A stretch of 64,000 nt of DNA from Leeuwenhoekiella sp. (GTDB taxonomy: Bacteria; Bacteroidota; Bacteroidia; Flavobacteriales; Flavobacteriaceae), in assembly GCA_049671285.1 (NCBI GenBank), contig JBATUQ010000052.1:15774-79773 (forward strand), in the 5' to 3' direction. A model generated the notes under the pieces. That model had not been told where the DNA came from and ran no database searches. It was given only the letters and a program-made list of their open reading frames with translations. The number at the start of each line of letters is the position of its first letter. Positions within the stretch are counted from its first letter, which is position 1. Positions 30,782 through 39,563 of this stretch are shown here, in pieces. The position numbers and the translations under genes are program-made.

Positions 30782-31105
30782 TTACTTAATTTCAGATGAT
30801 CTTATTGCTGTTCCAGATGCCACAATGAAAAGCATAGATTTTCCTCCACCAGAAAATTCACTATAATCTAAATCTACTCCGATAACTGCATTGGCTCCTA
30901 CTAAAAATGCCTCTTTACGCAATTCGTTAAGGACTGTTTCCTTTGACTCGCGAAGAGTATTTTGTAAAGTTTCACTCCGACCTCCAATCACATCACGAAC
31001 TCCTGCAAATAAATCCTTAAAAACATTCATTCCAAAAGCACATTCTGCTGTTAATATATCTATTCGTTGATCAATTTTAAAGTCAACGTGACTTTCTGTG
31101 GTCAA
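30782..31105 (-). CDS. YbjQ/UPF0145 (DUF74) domain protein
   Basis: [35 protein letters not shown]...[34 protein letters not shown] aligns along its length with E. coli YbjQ. The TTG start is listed, but the frame stays open upstream to 31270 (see the zinc-ribbon finding). Confidence 0.7.
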   Translation of the reverse strand: MTTESHVDFKIDQRIDILTAECAFGMNVFKDLFAGVRDVIGGRSETLQNTLRESKETVLNELRKEAFLVGANAVIGVDLDYSEFSGGGKSMLFIVASGTAIRSSEIK

Positions 31106-31202
31106 AGTGATTTTCTTAATTTCTTCTAAGGTTAGGTTTTTTACTTCGTCCAGCTTTTTTTCTTTGTTTAAATATGCCGCCTCTGCCTGCTTTCGATTTT
31201 GC

Positions 31203-31370
31203 TCATTTATATAACAAGTCTGGCAAAATCCATCGTTTAATAGATTTTTTATTGAAATTTGTACCGCAACCTAAACATTTTGGACTTTCCTTATCTATGC
31301 AACTTTTACATATTCCATTTTTAAGTTCGAAAATCCCGAAACCTTTTTCACATTTTTTACATTTTGCCAT
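31203..31370 (-). CDS. Small zinc-ribbon ORF (55 aa, three CxxC pairs), possibly the N-terminal part of a frameshifted zinc-ribbon-YbjQ fusion gene
   Basis: ATG...[55 protein letters not shown]. It is not in the ORF track (<60 aa). A shift of one base in the A6 run (plus-strand T6 at 31245-31250) continues into ...[13 protein letters not shown]... and on into the YbjQ ORF. Confidence 0.4.
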   Translation of the reverse strand: MAKCKKCEKGFGIFELKNGICKSCIDKESPKCLGCGTNFNKKSIKRWILPDLLYK

Positions 31371-31515
31371 CTTTCTGAATTTTGCTAAACAAAGTTTCCT
31401 ATTGTCTTATAAGTTATTTTTTATGTGCTCAATAACAAACATTTTAATCAATTACTAATCTCACAAGTTCAGACAAGCTCTAATTAAATTTTCTCAATAT
31501 TTTTGCCACATCATA

Positions 31516-34500
31516 TTAAGAGCCCTTCCCCAACCCCAACTTCAATACCTCCTTAATCCCTTCCAGATTCTCCGAAAATTGCATCATCTGGCTAAGCATT
31601 TGGGCCATTTCATTTTTGTCGCCAAAGCCTTTCAACTTGTTGTTTTTTACAAAAGTTTCCTTGATGGTATTCCAGCGCTGGGTTTCTTCGGGGTTGAGCG
31701 TGCCGGTGAGTTCCTTGTATTTTAAAATGTTGGCTTCCGCAGAGGCGGTCAGGGTTTGTGACTCGCTTTCGTAATGCGAAAGCAACAGCGTATCGAGTTC
31801 GCGGTCGTTCATGATCGGGACGACCTTGGCGACCAGTTTGTTCATATCGCGGTAGGAGCCCTGCAGTTTAAACGACGGTTCGGTGCGGTATTCGTCCTCC
31901 ATCGCCGCACTTTTGATGTAGGCGGCATTCACCTTCAGCACCGTATTCCTGATCTTGACCACCTTTTGCAGCACCGCAACATATTCCGCAATCTCCTGAT
32001 TGCTGTGGTTGCCGCTCAGTTGGGCTTCCTGATTGTTGTTTTCCACCCGGTCCAGCAGCGTATACACATCGTCAAAATGGCTGCTGCTCAATTGCTGCAG
32101 GATTGGGTTTGCGGTCAGCGAGTTTTCGATCAGGCTCAGGTTAAACAGATGCGCGGTATCGCCTATGATGTCTCCCAGGTTGTAAATATCTGCCCGGTTC
32201 GCCAACATATCTGGGATGCGGAACTTCTCCCCGCTCTCTGTATATGGGTTCCCGGCCATTATCACGCAGAATTTCTTACTGCGCAGGTCATAGGTTTTGG
32301 GTTTGCCGTTATACACGCCTTCTATTTTTCGGGTTCCGTCAGAAAGTGAAATAAATTTCTGCAAAAACTCCGGGTTGCAATGCTGAATGTCATCCAGATA
32401 AAGCATCACGTTGTTGCCCATCTCAAAAGCAAGGTTCAATTTCTTGAGTTCTTCCCGCGCGGCAGAATTGGTCGCACTCGCAGGATCTACTGAAGTTACC
32501 TCGTGTCCTATCGCCGGGCCATTGATCTTCATAAAAATTAGGCCAAGCCGATTCGCGATATATTCCATCAAGGTAGTTTTCCCGTAGCCTGGCGGCGAAA
32601 TCAACAACAGCAAACCCATTCGGTCGGTGCGTTTGTTGTCGCCCACGGTGCCCAACTGTTTCGCCAGATTGTCACCAAAAAGCGGAAAATATACCTGATC
32701 GATCAGTTTATTCCTAACGAAAGAAGTCAGCACCCGCGGCTTGAATTCTTCCAGTTTGAGTTGTTCTTTTAAATCTTCGGTTACCTGATGTTTGGCCTCG
32801 CGAAAAGCTTGAAAAGCGGGTACATCTTCGGCTACAAAAGCAGACAAGGTCGCCGTAAAATCGTGATAATTGAATTCGAAATTTCCTTCTGTGATTGTCG
32901 AATGGCTTCCGCTCAAACCACTTATAGTGGCACTTGGCGAAGTCGCTTCTACCTTAGAAACCGACGCATCCGAAAATAGCAACGCACAGACCACCTCATC
33001 GATATATCGTGATTTCTGCGCTGTCGAAAGTTGAGTTCCATTCTGGTAAACCGTATTGACGAAGGCAGAAACCCACTGCCGCGTCAACTTTATCATTTCC
33101 GAGAAGTCGGGAATCTTCTCAATACTTTTACGAAATTTTAAATCTGCTTGTTGCTCCTTCAGGTGTTTCTCAAAAGCTTCTTTGATGGATATCGCCAAAT
33201 GACTTTGCGCAAATTGATCGTCGTTTTGCAATTCCTCAAAAAGATAGTCAGCGATATTTTCGCCTAGAGCGGAATCAAAAAGTGTGGTCGCTTTAGAAAA
33301 ATTTTCGATCTGTCGGGTTAATTCCTTGATTAAAAAATCATATTCCCGCGTCTGCGGAAAATACTGCAACACCTCCCCGGAAGCTTTAATGCTCTGATCG
33401 AGTTGTGCTTGTTTCGCGGCTTCGAGACTGTTCCAAAAATACTGCGCAAACGCCCTGATCTCCGGCCGAAACCGCAACAGTCCCAACGAATGGTGCTTGT
33501 TGACCAACGTCGCCAAGATTTCTGCGGCATCGCGATCGTGCACGCCTTTTACATACCCTTCGGCATAATCGCTACTGCTTTCTTGCTGCACGATTTTAAG
33601 CAGTTCTTCTCCCGTTTTATCATACAGCTTTTCGGTACCAATCTTTTGAAATAATTTATACGCTAAATAGGCCGACCTATACACCTGATCGTTTTCAGAA
33701 ACCAGTTCCTGATCCCAGAGGTTTCGCGAGTTAAGCAAAATGGGATTGTCCAGTTTTTGGTAGAAATCCGTTCCGGTAAGGTGGTAATTAAGTTCGCCGT
33801 TTTTTAAAACGATCGTGAGATCGAGTTGCTGTTTATTGACCCCAAATTTGTGCTTGCCGAGTTTGATGACATTTTCGCCATCTTCATACAGATCCTGTTT
33901 GTCCTTGAGTTTGCGCAGCGCATCTTCGCGGGCGGTTTTGAGTCCGGTTTCAATTTCTTCGGCTTTACCGCTATCATCGAGATCTTTCAGCTGCTGCACG
34001 ATGTCGCGCACCTTGTTGATCATCAGGTCTGCGGCAAAATATCCGTTAATTTCTGTGGCAGTCTTAAAACTTTCGACCTTCTTCCGCACGCCTTTTAAAA
34101 TACGTTCGGAAGCATTTTGCAAAGCCATTGCACGCTTGTTGCGCTTTTCGACCAAGGAGTTTTTCCGGGCATCAAAGGCATTGTACACCTCTTCCCGCTT
34201 GTCGATAATCTCCGAAATGAATTCTTCGAAATCAGCAAATTTCCCTTCCAACTCTTCCAGCTGAATGGTGATTTTATTCTGAAACTCGTCGCATTTTTCG
34301 GGTGTATCTGCGATGTCCAGATAGTTGATGATGCTCTGATCGATCAACTTTAACTGCGCGGCAAAATCAGCTTGGGCTTCGGCGCTTCCCAAGGATTTCC
34401 GCTTATTGCGCAAAGCGGCTTTTAGCTGGTTTAGCGTGGCAAAAATCAGGGAAATATTATCGATGATTTTGGTTGAATGCGCCGTATCCTCAATCTCTAA

Positions 34501-36417
34501 GTTGGAAACGATATCGATCAACAATTCGAGGTCTGCCGCGATCTGATTGACTTCTTCTTCCAGTTTTTTGGCCTCGATTACTTTTTCTATTCCATCCAAA
34601 GCCTTTTGCTTTTCAGCGACTTTAGCGTGGTACGGTTGCAACGCTTTTTCGTCCAATAAAAACTGAACACAACGCTTGGAGATTTTCTGGGATTGTTCTG
34701 CAATATCGCTTTCAAGTTCCTCAGTGAATTTTAGATCGACATAACGGATTTCGCGTAAGCTGATCACCTCGCCACGCAAACTGCGCAACTGAGTCAACAC
34801 CGCAACAAACTCATCAATACTTCGGAAAGAGGTGCTTTTGATTTTACTAAAAAGTGCTTCCGCTTTTTTCCGGATTTCATCCGTTTGCTTTTTGGCATTT
34901 CGGCGCAGCTGCACCACTTTTTGGAATTCATCAATCGCAGCATTTGCAGCCTTATTGATTTCACCAAGCGGCTCGTTTAACTGTTGCGTTTCCGCCTCTG
35001 GCAACCAATAATAAGCGTCGAGAATATCCTTGGACGATTTGGCAATGTCGCTGTAAAGTCCGTCGTAACTGTCCTTTTTATTGAGCAAGGTAACCAGGGC
35101 ATTGACCTCTGCCATCGCCTTGACAATATCCTTGTTTCCTATTTTATAAAGCAGGGTGTCCTCGTGCTGCGACGGCATAAAATCCCCCTTGATAAAAGGC
35201 GTCTGCCAGATCTGAACGGTGTGGTGCTTGGTCTGCTCCTCTTCGGTGCGGAAATAACAAAGTTCACCATTCTGTAGCACTGTAAAACCGTTACAGATGA
35301 TGGGTGTTTTAATTTCCTGCGAAATCACATTGTAGGACATCAAATTGTACAGGCCTTCTTTGGAAGAATAAAAAATGTACAAAAAATCCTCACCGTTAGG
35401 AGAAGCAATGCGCCCCTGAAACTTTACGTCTGGAATCGAATTATCAAATACATTGTACTCGCCCGTTTGCAAATAATAACCCGTCGGAAAAATAATCCCC
35501 TGATCCTCGGGAAGCAAAACGCAGGCATCTTTTATACTCGCGATTTTCTGAACTTCCTTGAGTTTGTGGTTGTAAACAAAATAGCGGGACGGCTCCTGAA
35601 AAGGCTTGATTTCTAAAGCGATCAGATTGCCAAGATCGGCAAAACGGTACTGCCCGTCATCGAGCGTCTGGTCGTAGTGTTCCACCGTCTCTGAGAAAAT
35701 TCCTTTACCATCATCGGTGTTGTCCTCGATTTTAATGGTGAGGTCACCGCCTACCGCTTCCACAAAAACCTTGTCTGCAATCGATACGTGCGGATGTGCT
35801 CCATAACGCTGGTTATCGCGACCCGCTTCCAACCACTTAAACTCATGCTGCGCCGGAAACCGGAACTCGTGATCGCTTCGGTTGTCCACATAATCCAAGC
35901 GGTTTTCCTTGATCAGCCATTTAAAGGTTTTGATGTCGGTGACGCTTTCGCTCAGCTGAAAAATCATATGCAGATAGTTGCCAATGACGGCGAACTTTGC
36001 AAAAATGGTGTTCCGGTAGTATTTGTAAAGGTTGGTAAAATCGGTTTTAAAGGTGTCGTCATTTAGCAACCCAAGATCAAGCGGTTCGAATCGATTGTCT
36101 TTAAATTCATAAACGCTAAAAACATCGGAAAGTGTGATTTCCGTACGCAGTCCAAAATGCACATTGTACCCGAACAGGCAAGTATCTCCCAGCGACACAA
36201 TATCGCGGGCGATGCAATTGTTTTCGGTGTTGATTCGGTCATTGGCGATCAGTTTCGTTTCCAGCGACCCAAAGACTTCCTGGCGGTCAATATTCAACTG
36301 CTGTAGCCGTTCCTGAAGATCGACCTTCTGTTTCTGCAGCCGGTTTTGAATGATCTCGTAGGTGCCGGAGTCCAGTGTATTGTTATTACTATTTTTATTG
36401 GTATTGTTTTCTGACAT
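31516..36417 (-). CDS. Giant (1633 aa) protein with a C-terminal MoxR/AAA_5-like AAA+ ATPase domain and a ~1250-aa uncharacterised N-terminal region (beta-rich segment then long helical/coiled-coil region)
   Basis: The only P-loop is LLLLISPPGYGKTTLMEY near residue 1290. Walker B region VMLYLDDIQHCNPEFLQKFISL has D-D rather than D-E. Sensor/Arg region KKFCVIMAGNPYTESGEKFRIPDMLANRADIYNL matches the MoxR/AAA_5 pattern (xATxNPxExxGxxxLPxAxLDRF). Residues ~450-1150 are Lys/Glu/Leu-rich helical. It is the last gene of the pspA-flotillin operon. Confidence 0.85.
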   Translation of the reverse strand: MSENNTNKNSNNNTLDSGTYEIIQNRLQKQKVDLQERLQQLNIDRQEVFGSLETKLIANDRINTENNCIARDIVSLGDTCLFGYNVHFGLRTEITLSDVFSVYEFKDNRFEPLDLGLLNDDTFKTDFTNLYKYYRNTIFAKFAVIGNYLHMIFQLSESVTDIKTFKWLIKENRLDYVDNRSDHEFRFPAQHEFKWLEAGRDNQRYGAHPHVSIADKVFVEAVGGDLTIKIEDNTDDGKGIFSETVEHYDQTLDDGQYRFADLGNLIALEIKPFQEPSRYFVYNHKLKEVQKIASIKDACVLLPEDQGIIFPTGYYLQTGEYNVFDNSIPDVKFQGRIASPNGEDFLYIFYSSKEGLYNLMSYNVISQEIKTPIICNGFTVLQNGELCYFRTEEEQTKHHTVQIWQTPFIKGDFMPSQHEDTLLYKIGNKDIVKAMAEVNALVTLLNKKDSYDGLYSDIAKSSKDILDAYYWLPEAETQQLNEPLGEINKAANAAIDEFQKVVQLRRNAKKQTDEIRKKAEALFSKIKSTSFRSIDEFVAVLTQLRSLRGEVISLREIRYVDLKFTEELESDIAEQSQKISKRCVQFLLDEKALQPYHAKVAEKQKALDGIEKVIEAKKLEEEVNQIAADLELLIDIVSNLEIEDTAHSTKIIDNISLIFATLNQLKAALRNKRKSLGSAEAQADFAAQLKLIDQSIINYLDIADTPEKCDEFQNKITIQLEELEGKFADFEEFISEIIDKREEVYNAFDARKNSLVEKRNKRAMALQNASERILKGVRKKVESFKTATEINGYFAADLMINKVRDIVQQLKDLDDSGKAEEIETGLKTAREDALRKLKDKQDLYEDGENVIKLGKHKFGVNKQQLDLTIVLKNGELNYHLTGTDFYQKLDNPILLNSRNLWDQELVSENDQVYRSAYLAYKLFQKIGTEKLYDKTGEELLKIVQQESSSDYAEGYVKGVHDRDAAEILATLVNKHHSLGLLRFRPEIRAFAQYFWNSLEAAKQAQLDQSIKASGEVLQYFPQTREYDFLIKELTRQIENFSKATTLFDSALGENIADYLFEELQNDDQFAQSHLAISIKEAFEKHLKEQQADLKFRKSIEKIPDFSEMIKLTRQWVSAFVNTVYQNGTQLSTAQKSRYIDEVVCALLFSDASVSKVEATSPSATISGLSGSHSTITEGNFEFNYHDFTATLSAFVAEDVPAFQAFREAKHQVTEDLKEQLKLEEFKPRVLTSFVRNKLIDQVYFPLFGDNLAKQLGTVGDNKRTDRMGLLLLISPPGYGKTTLMEYIANRLGLIFMKINGPAIGHEVTSVDPASATNSAAREELKKLNLAFEMGNNVMLYLDDIQHCNPEFLQKFISLSDGTRKIEGVYNGKPKTYDLRSKKFCVIMAGNPYTESGEKFRIPDMLANRADIYNLGDIIGDTAHLFNLSLIENSLTANPILQQLSSSHFDDVYTLLDRVENNNQEAQLSGNHSNQEIAEYVAVLQKVVKIRNTVLKVNAAYIKSAAMEDEYRTEPSFKLQGSYRDMNKLVAKVVPIMNDRELDTLLLSHYESESQTLTASAEANILKYKELTGTLNPEETQRWNTIKETFVKNNKLKGFGDKNEMAQMLSQMMQFSENLEGIKEVLKLGLGKGS

Positions 36418-36756
36418 GCTTGGGCTTTGTTAAAGACCTGCAAGGTTTTGCCAACCTTGTAGGTCTGTCTTACCTGATTGAGCAAGGGAGACCTACAAGG
36501 ATCGCTCGTTCCTCGCTCATACCTTGCAGGTCGGGGCAACCACCCCGGTTTTCAGCTGCGCTGAAAAATTCCCCTCCTTAATTAAGGAGGGGAGCCTTTA
36601 GCATTTTCATAAATGAAAATGTGTTGAAGTCAATTTATATTACAATGCAATTAATTGCATTGGCGTGCAAAAGCTCCCCTCCTTTTCCCTTCGACTAAGC
36701 TCAGGACAAGCAAGGAGGGGACCGTTAAATCAAAGATTTAACAGGGGTGGTTTTGC
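36418..36756 (-). promoter_or_regulatory. Highly structured 339-bp intergenic region (nested inverted repeats, twin GC-rich hairpins, terminator-like element) between the flotillin gene and the giant ATPase gene
   Basis: Four 11-12-mers in alternating orientation: GACCTGCAAGG (36435), CCTTGTAGGTCT (36455), AGACCTACAAGG (36489) and CCTTGCAGGTC (36512). They allow either 1:2+3:4 or 1:4+2:3 pairing. CCCCTCCTT-AATT-AAGGAGGGG (36572-36593) is followed on the transcribed strand by AATTTTT. A second CCCCTCCTT...AAGGAGGGG copy (36676-36720) has a 29-nt loop. Further palindromes: CATTTTCAT-AA-ATGAAAATG, CAATGCAATTAATTGCATTG, GTTAAATC-AAA-GATTTAAC. Confidence 0.6.
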
Positions 36757-38823
36757 CTACTTCATCTTCACCCCGTCAATCCCAAGACCTTTGGCCAAGT
36801 TTACTAGGTTACTGAACATGGTCTTTTCTCCAGGGTCTCCAGAACGATCTCTTAGTTGCAGAAGCACATTGGCGATGGTCAGGTTCTTGATATCTTCGGA
36901 GGAAACTCCGTATTTATCTGCGAACTCTTTGACTTTGGCCAATAAATTACCCTTTACATCATCGCTGCCCAAAATGGCGTCTTTGACCTCCTGAATGTTA
37001 CTGCTGTTCTGAACTAAACGGTCGAAGCCTTTACCTTTTGTGATCTGGCCTATGATCTGATCAAAGAACATCGTCTCACCACCTACGATGTCGATTTTAG
37101 CTGCTTTCAATGCATCACCAATCACCTGAGCCTGTGCATCAGCAATGGCTTTCTGGATGTTGATGTGTGCCAGATCCACCTGAAGTTCCTTATCCAAACG
37201 CAATTTGAATTCTTCGTGCTCTTTACCAACACCATCCAATTTCTTCATCGCGTTGGCTTTTTCTTCGATACCGGCGGCATCGGCAATGGCCTTCTCCCGG
37301 ATTACGTCTGCTTCAGCAAGGCCGTCTTTACGCTTGGCGTCAGCCTTTGCGTGAATTCCGGCGGCTTCCGCCAATGCCATTTTCTCAATGATGGAAGCTT
37401 CCACGATTCCCTGACGTTCGTTGGCATCTGCTTTGGCGTGCATTACCTGAGCTTCAGACATACCAACGGTTGCTTCTTCCTTGGCTTGTGCTTCGGCCAG
37501 AATCTTACGGGCTTCTGCCTGTTTCTGGCTGGCTTCTTTGTGAGCTAAGGCTTCAATGTTTATCTCTTCTGCTTTTTGCTTGGCTGCTTCTTTTTGGGCT
37601 TCCGCTGCTTTGGTGGTTTTGATTAAGTCTTCTTGAGCATTCGCTTCGGCAACGGTAATTTTCACCTGCTTGTCCCGGTCGGCAGTTTTAAAGGCCTGAA
37701 TGTCCTTCATATTCTCTTGTTCTTCGACCACTCCTTTTTCGAGCATCACCCGGTCGCGAATCACATCCTGAATGTTTTTCTTTTCGACCTCAACCACCTT
37801 CTCTTTTTCGATCTGCGCCAAAGTGACGACGCGTTCCCTTTCGGTAGCTTCCAAGAGACGGTCTTTTTCAACACGCTCGGTTTCTACGGCATCTGTTCGT
37901 TCCTTGTTTTTAGATGCAACAATGATCTGACGCTGCATGTTTTCTTCGGCTACTTTTACTTTTTCCTCGGTGGCCAGTCTTGCAGTTTCCGATTTTAGAC
38001 GCTCCTCTTCACGGACCTTTAAAGTCTCTGCTTCTTCACGGGATTTAATGTTGGCAATCTCACGCTTCTGCTGCTCTTCTTTTTCAGCCAATTGTTTGTC
38101 GAGTTCGAGAATGGCTTCCCGCGCTTCCACATCTTGTTTACGGATGGTTTTTTCCTCGTCGCGCTTGATCAGGTTGGCCTTTACGTTTTGGGCTGCGGTG
38201 AGTTCGGTGATTTTCTTGATACCTTCCGCGTCCAAAATATTGTCCGGTTTTAAAACCGAAACTGAAGTCTGCTCCAAAAAGTCGATAGCACAATCTTCAA
38301 GCGTATAACCATTAAGATCGGTGCCGATGATATCTACAATTTCGTCACGAAATTCCCGACGCGCTTCATACAGCTCAATAAATTGAAATTTCTTTCCAAC
38401 AGTCTTTAAGGCTTCGGAAAATTTAGCTTCAAATAGATCCTCTAAGGTTTCGATTCTTGATGCGCGTGCCACACCAATGGTCTGCGCCACTTTCTTAATA
38501 AAGGAAACATCGTTGTTTACCCGAACAAAAAATGCCACTTTGATATCGGCCCGCATATTGTCCTTACAGATCAATCCTTCCACACCCAGACGTTCTATCT
38601 GGATTTTCTTGACCGAAATGTCCATGGTTTCCACCCGGTGAAAAACCGGAACGACATACAGACCTTTATCTGTCGCGACTTTGGTGCCGCCAAAACCGGT
38701 CCTGACTAAAGCTTGACCTTGATGCACTTTTTTGTAAAACATCGCGATGATCGCGAAGTAGACGATGACTAGAAAAAGGAGTCCGCCCAAAGCCAAGCCT
38801 ACAATTTGTAAAATACTTTCCAT
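36757..38823 (-). CDS. Flotillin-like SPFH/band-7 protein (YqiK/FloT type) with long EA-rich coiled coil
   Basis: N-terminal TM helix, SPFH domain (residues ~30-250), then ~350 aa of Glu/Ala/Lys-rich heptads (EAQKEAAKQKAEEINIEALAHKEASQKQAEARKILAEAQAKEE...) typical of flotillins. 688 aa. Confidence 0.85.
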   Translation of the reverse strand: MESILQIVGLALGGLLFLVIVYFAIIAMFYKKVHQGQALVRTGFGGTKVATDKGLYVVPVFHRVETMDISVKKIQIERLGVEGLICKDNMRADIKVAFFVRVNNDVSFIKKVAQTIGVARASRIETLEDLFEAKFSEALKTVGKKFQFIELYEARREFRDEIVDIIGTDLNGYTLEDCAIDFLEQTSVSVLKPDNILDAEGIKKITELTAAQNVKANLIKRDEEKTIRKQDVEAREAILELDKQLAEKEEQQKREIANIKSREEAETLKVREEERLKSETARLATEEKVKVAEENMQRQIIVASKNKERTDAVETERVEKDRLLEATERERVVTLAQIEKEKVVEVEKKNIQDVIRDRVMLEKGVVEEQENMKDIQAFKTADRDKQVKITVAEANAQEDLIKTTKAAEAQKEAAKQKAEEINIEALAHKEASQKQAEARKILAEAQAKEEATVGMSEAQVMHAKADANERQGIVEASIIEKMALAEAAGIHAKADAKRKDGLAEADVIREKAIADAAGIEEKANAMKKLDGVGKEHEEFKLRLDKELQVDLAHINIQKAIADAQAQVIGDALKAAKIDIVGGETMFFDQIIGQITKGKGFDRLVQNSSNIQEVKDAILGSDDVKGNLLAKVKEFADKYGVSSEDIKNLTIANVLLQLRDRSGDPGEKTMFSNLVNLAKGLGIDGVKMK

Positions 38824-38835
38824 TAAATTGATTGA

Positions 38836-39561
38836 TTAATTAGTTTCGTTATATAGTTGAACCAGATATGAGTGCTTATCTGAAGAACGTTTAATGATCA
38901 AAATTTCACTTCCATATGTAATTGGCGTACCATCTAGTGATTTGACGTAGATCGCCATAGGGTTGCCGTCTGCTAGAATTTCTGCGTTACCCATCTTATC
39001 TTCTGAAATCGTGGATAGCAAAACTCCCTTTCGGCCCAAATAATCCACAGGCGCATCCCCATCCTTATTCAGGTTTTTAAAGAAGCTCTTAAAAGGAGAT
39101 GTAAACAGCTTATTGAGGATCAATGCTGGAAAAAATCCAGCAATCATGATCACAAACCCCAAATAGTTGTCATAGGTAAAGGTTAATGCGGTCGTCAACG
39201 TGGTAATCGTCCACCAAATGAAAATCCAGCAAGTGAAGGTGAACATAAACGGCAGTCCGACAAAGTTGAAATAAATCAAAAATACCTGCCACCACTTTAA
39301 TTTGCGCTGCCTTTTGCCGATGACGTGATCTTTGTCAACTTCCACATTGGATACGTCCTGAAAGTCCATATTACCTCCTTCCAAACCGGTATCGATGTCA
39401 ACATCAGCGTCGATATCAACATCGACCTCGACATCAAAATCGAGATCAAAATCGATACCGCCTATCATCGTGATCAACCAGTAGATGATCAACAAAGAGA
39501 GCAATAACGTCAATATAATGTTGACCTCAGAAAATAATATGTTCCATAAATTTGTATCCAA
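38836..39561 (-). CDS. NfeD/YqiJ-like (DUF1449-type) inner-membrane protein with a C-terminal OB-fold, partner of flotillin
   Basis: Multiple TM helices. The C-terminus YLGRKGVLLSTISEDKMGNAEILADGNPMAIYVKSLDGTPITYGSEILIIKRSSDKHSYLV looks like the NfeD short-form beta-barrel. It sits immediately upstream of flotillin, as in yqiJ-yqiK and nfeD-floT operons. It also contains an alternating hydrophobic-Asp stretch IDFDLDFDVEVDVDIDADVDID. Confidence 0.6.
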   Translation of the reverse strand: MDTNLWNILFSEVNIILTLLLSLLIIYWLITMIGGIDFDLDFDVEVDVDIDADVDIDTGLEGGNMDFQDVSNVEVDKDHVIGKRQRKLKWWQVFLIYFNFVGLPFMFTFTCWIFIWWTITTLTTALTFTYDNYLGFVIMIAGFFPALILNKLFTSPFKSFFKNLNKDGDAPVDYLGRKGVLLSTISEDKMGNAEILADGNPMAIYVKSLDGTPITYGSEILIIKRSSDKHSYLVQLYNETN

Positions 39562-39563
39562 GG

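Noticed and set aside
36572-36720. AAGGAGGGG sequences as Shine-Dalgarno ribosome-binding sites
   Set aside because: Each is one arm of a perfect palindrome (CCCCTCCTT...AAGGAGGGG). They are far (>150 nt) from any start codon, and Bacteroidota do not generally use SD pairing. They were treated as hairpin stems.
31774-38308. Plus-strand ORFs inside the giant ATPase and flotillin genes (e.g. 31774-32349, 33815-34264, 37165-37548, 37633-37998, 37937-38308)
   Set aside because: Antisense to long, motif-supported minus-strand genes. Their translations are low-complexity (Ser/Leu/Phe-rich), typical of the reverse strand of Lys/Glu-rich coiled-coil coding sequence.
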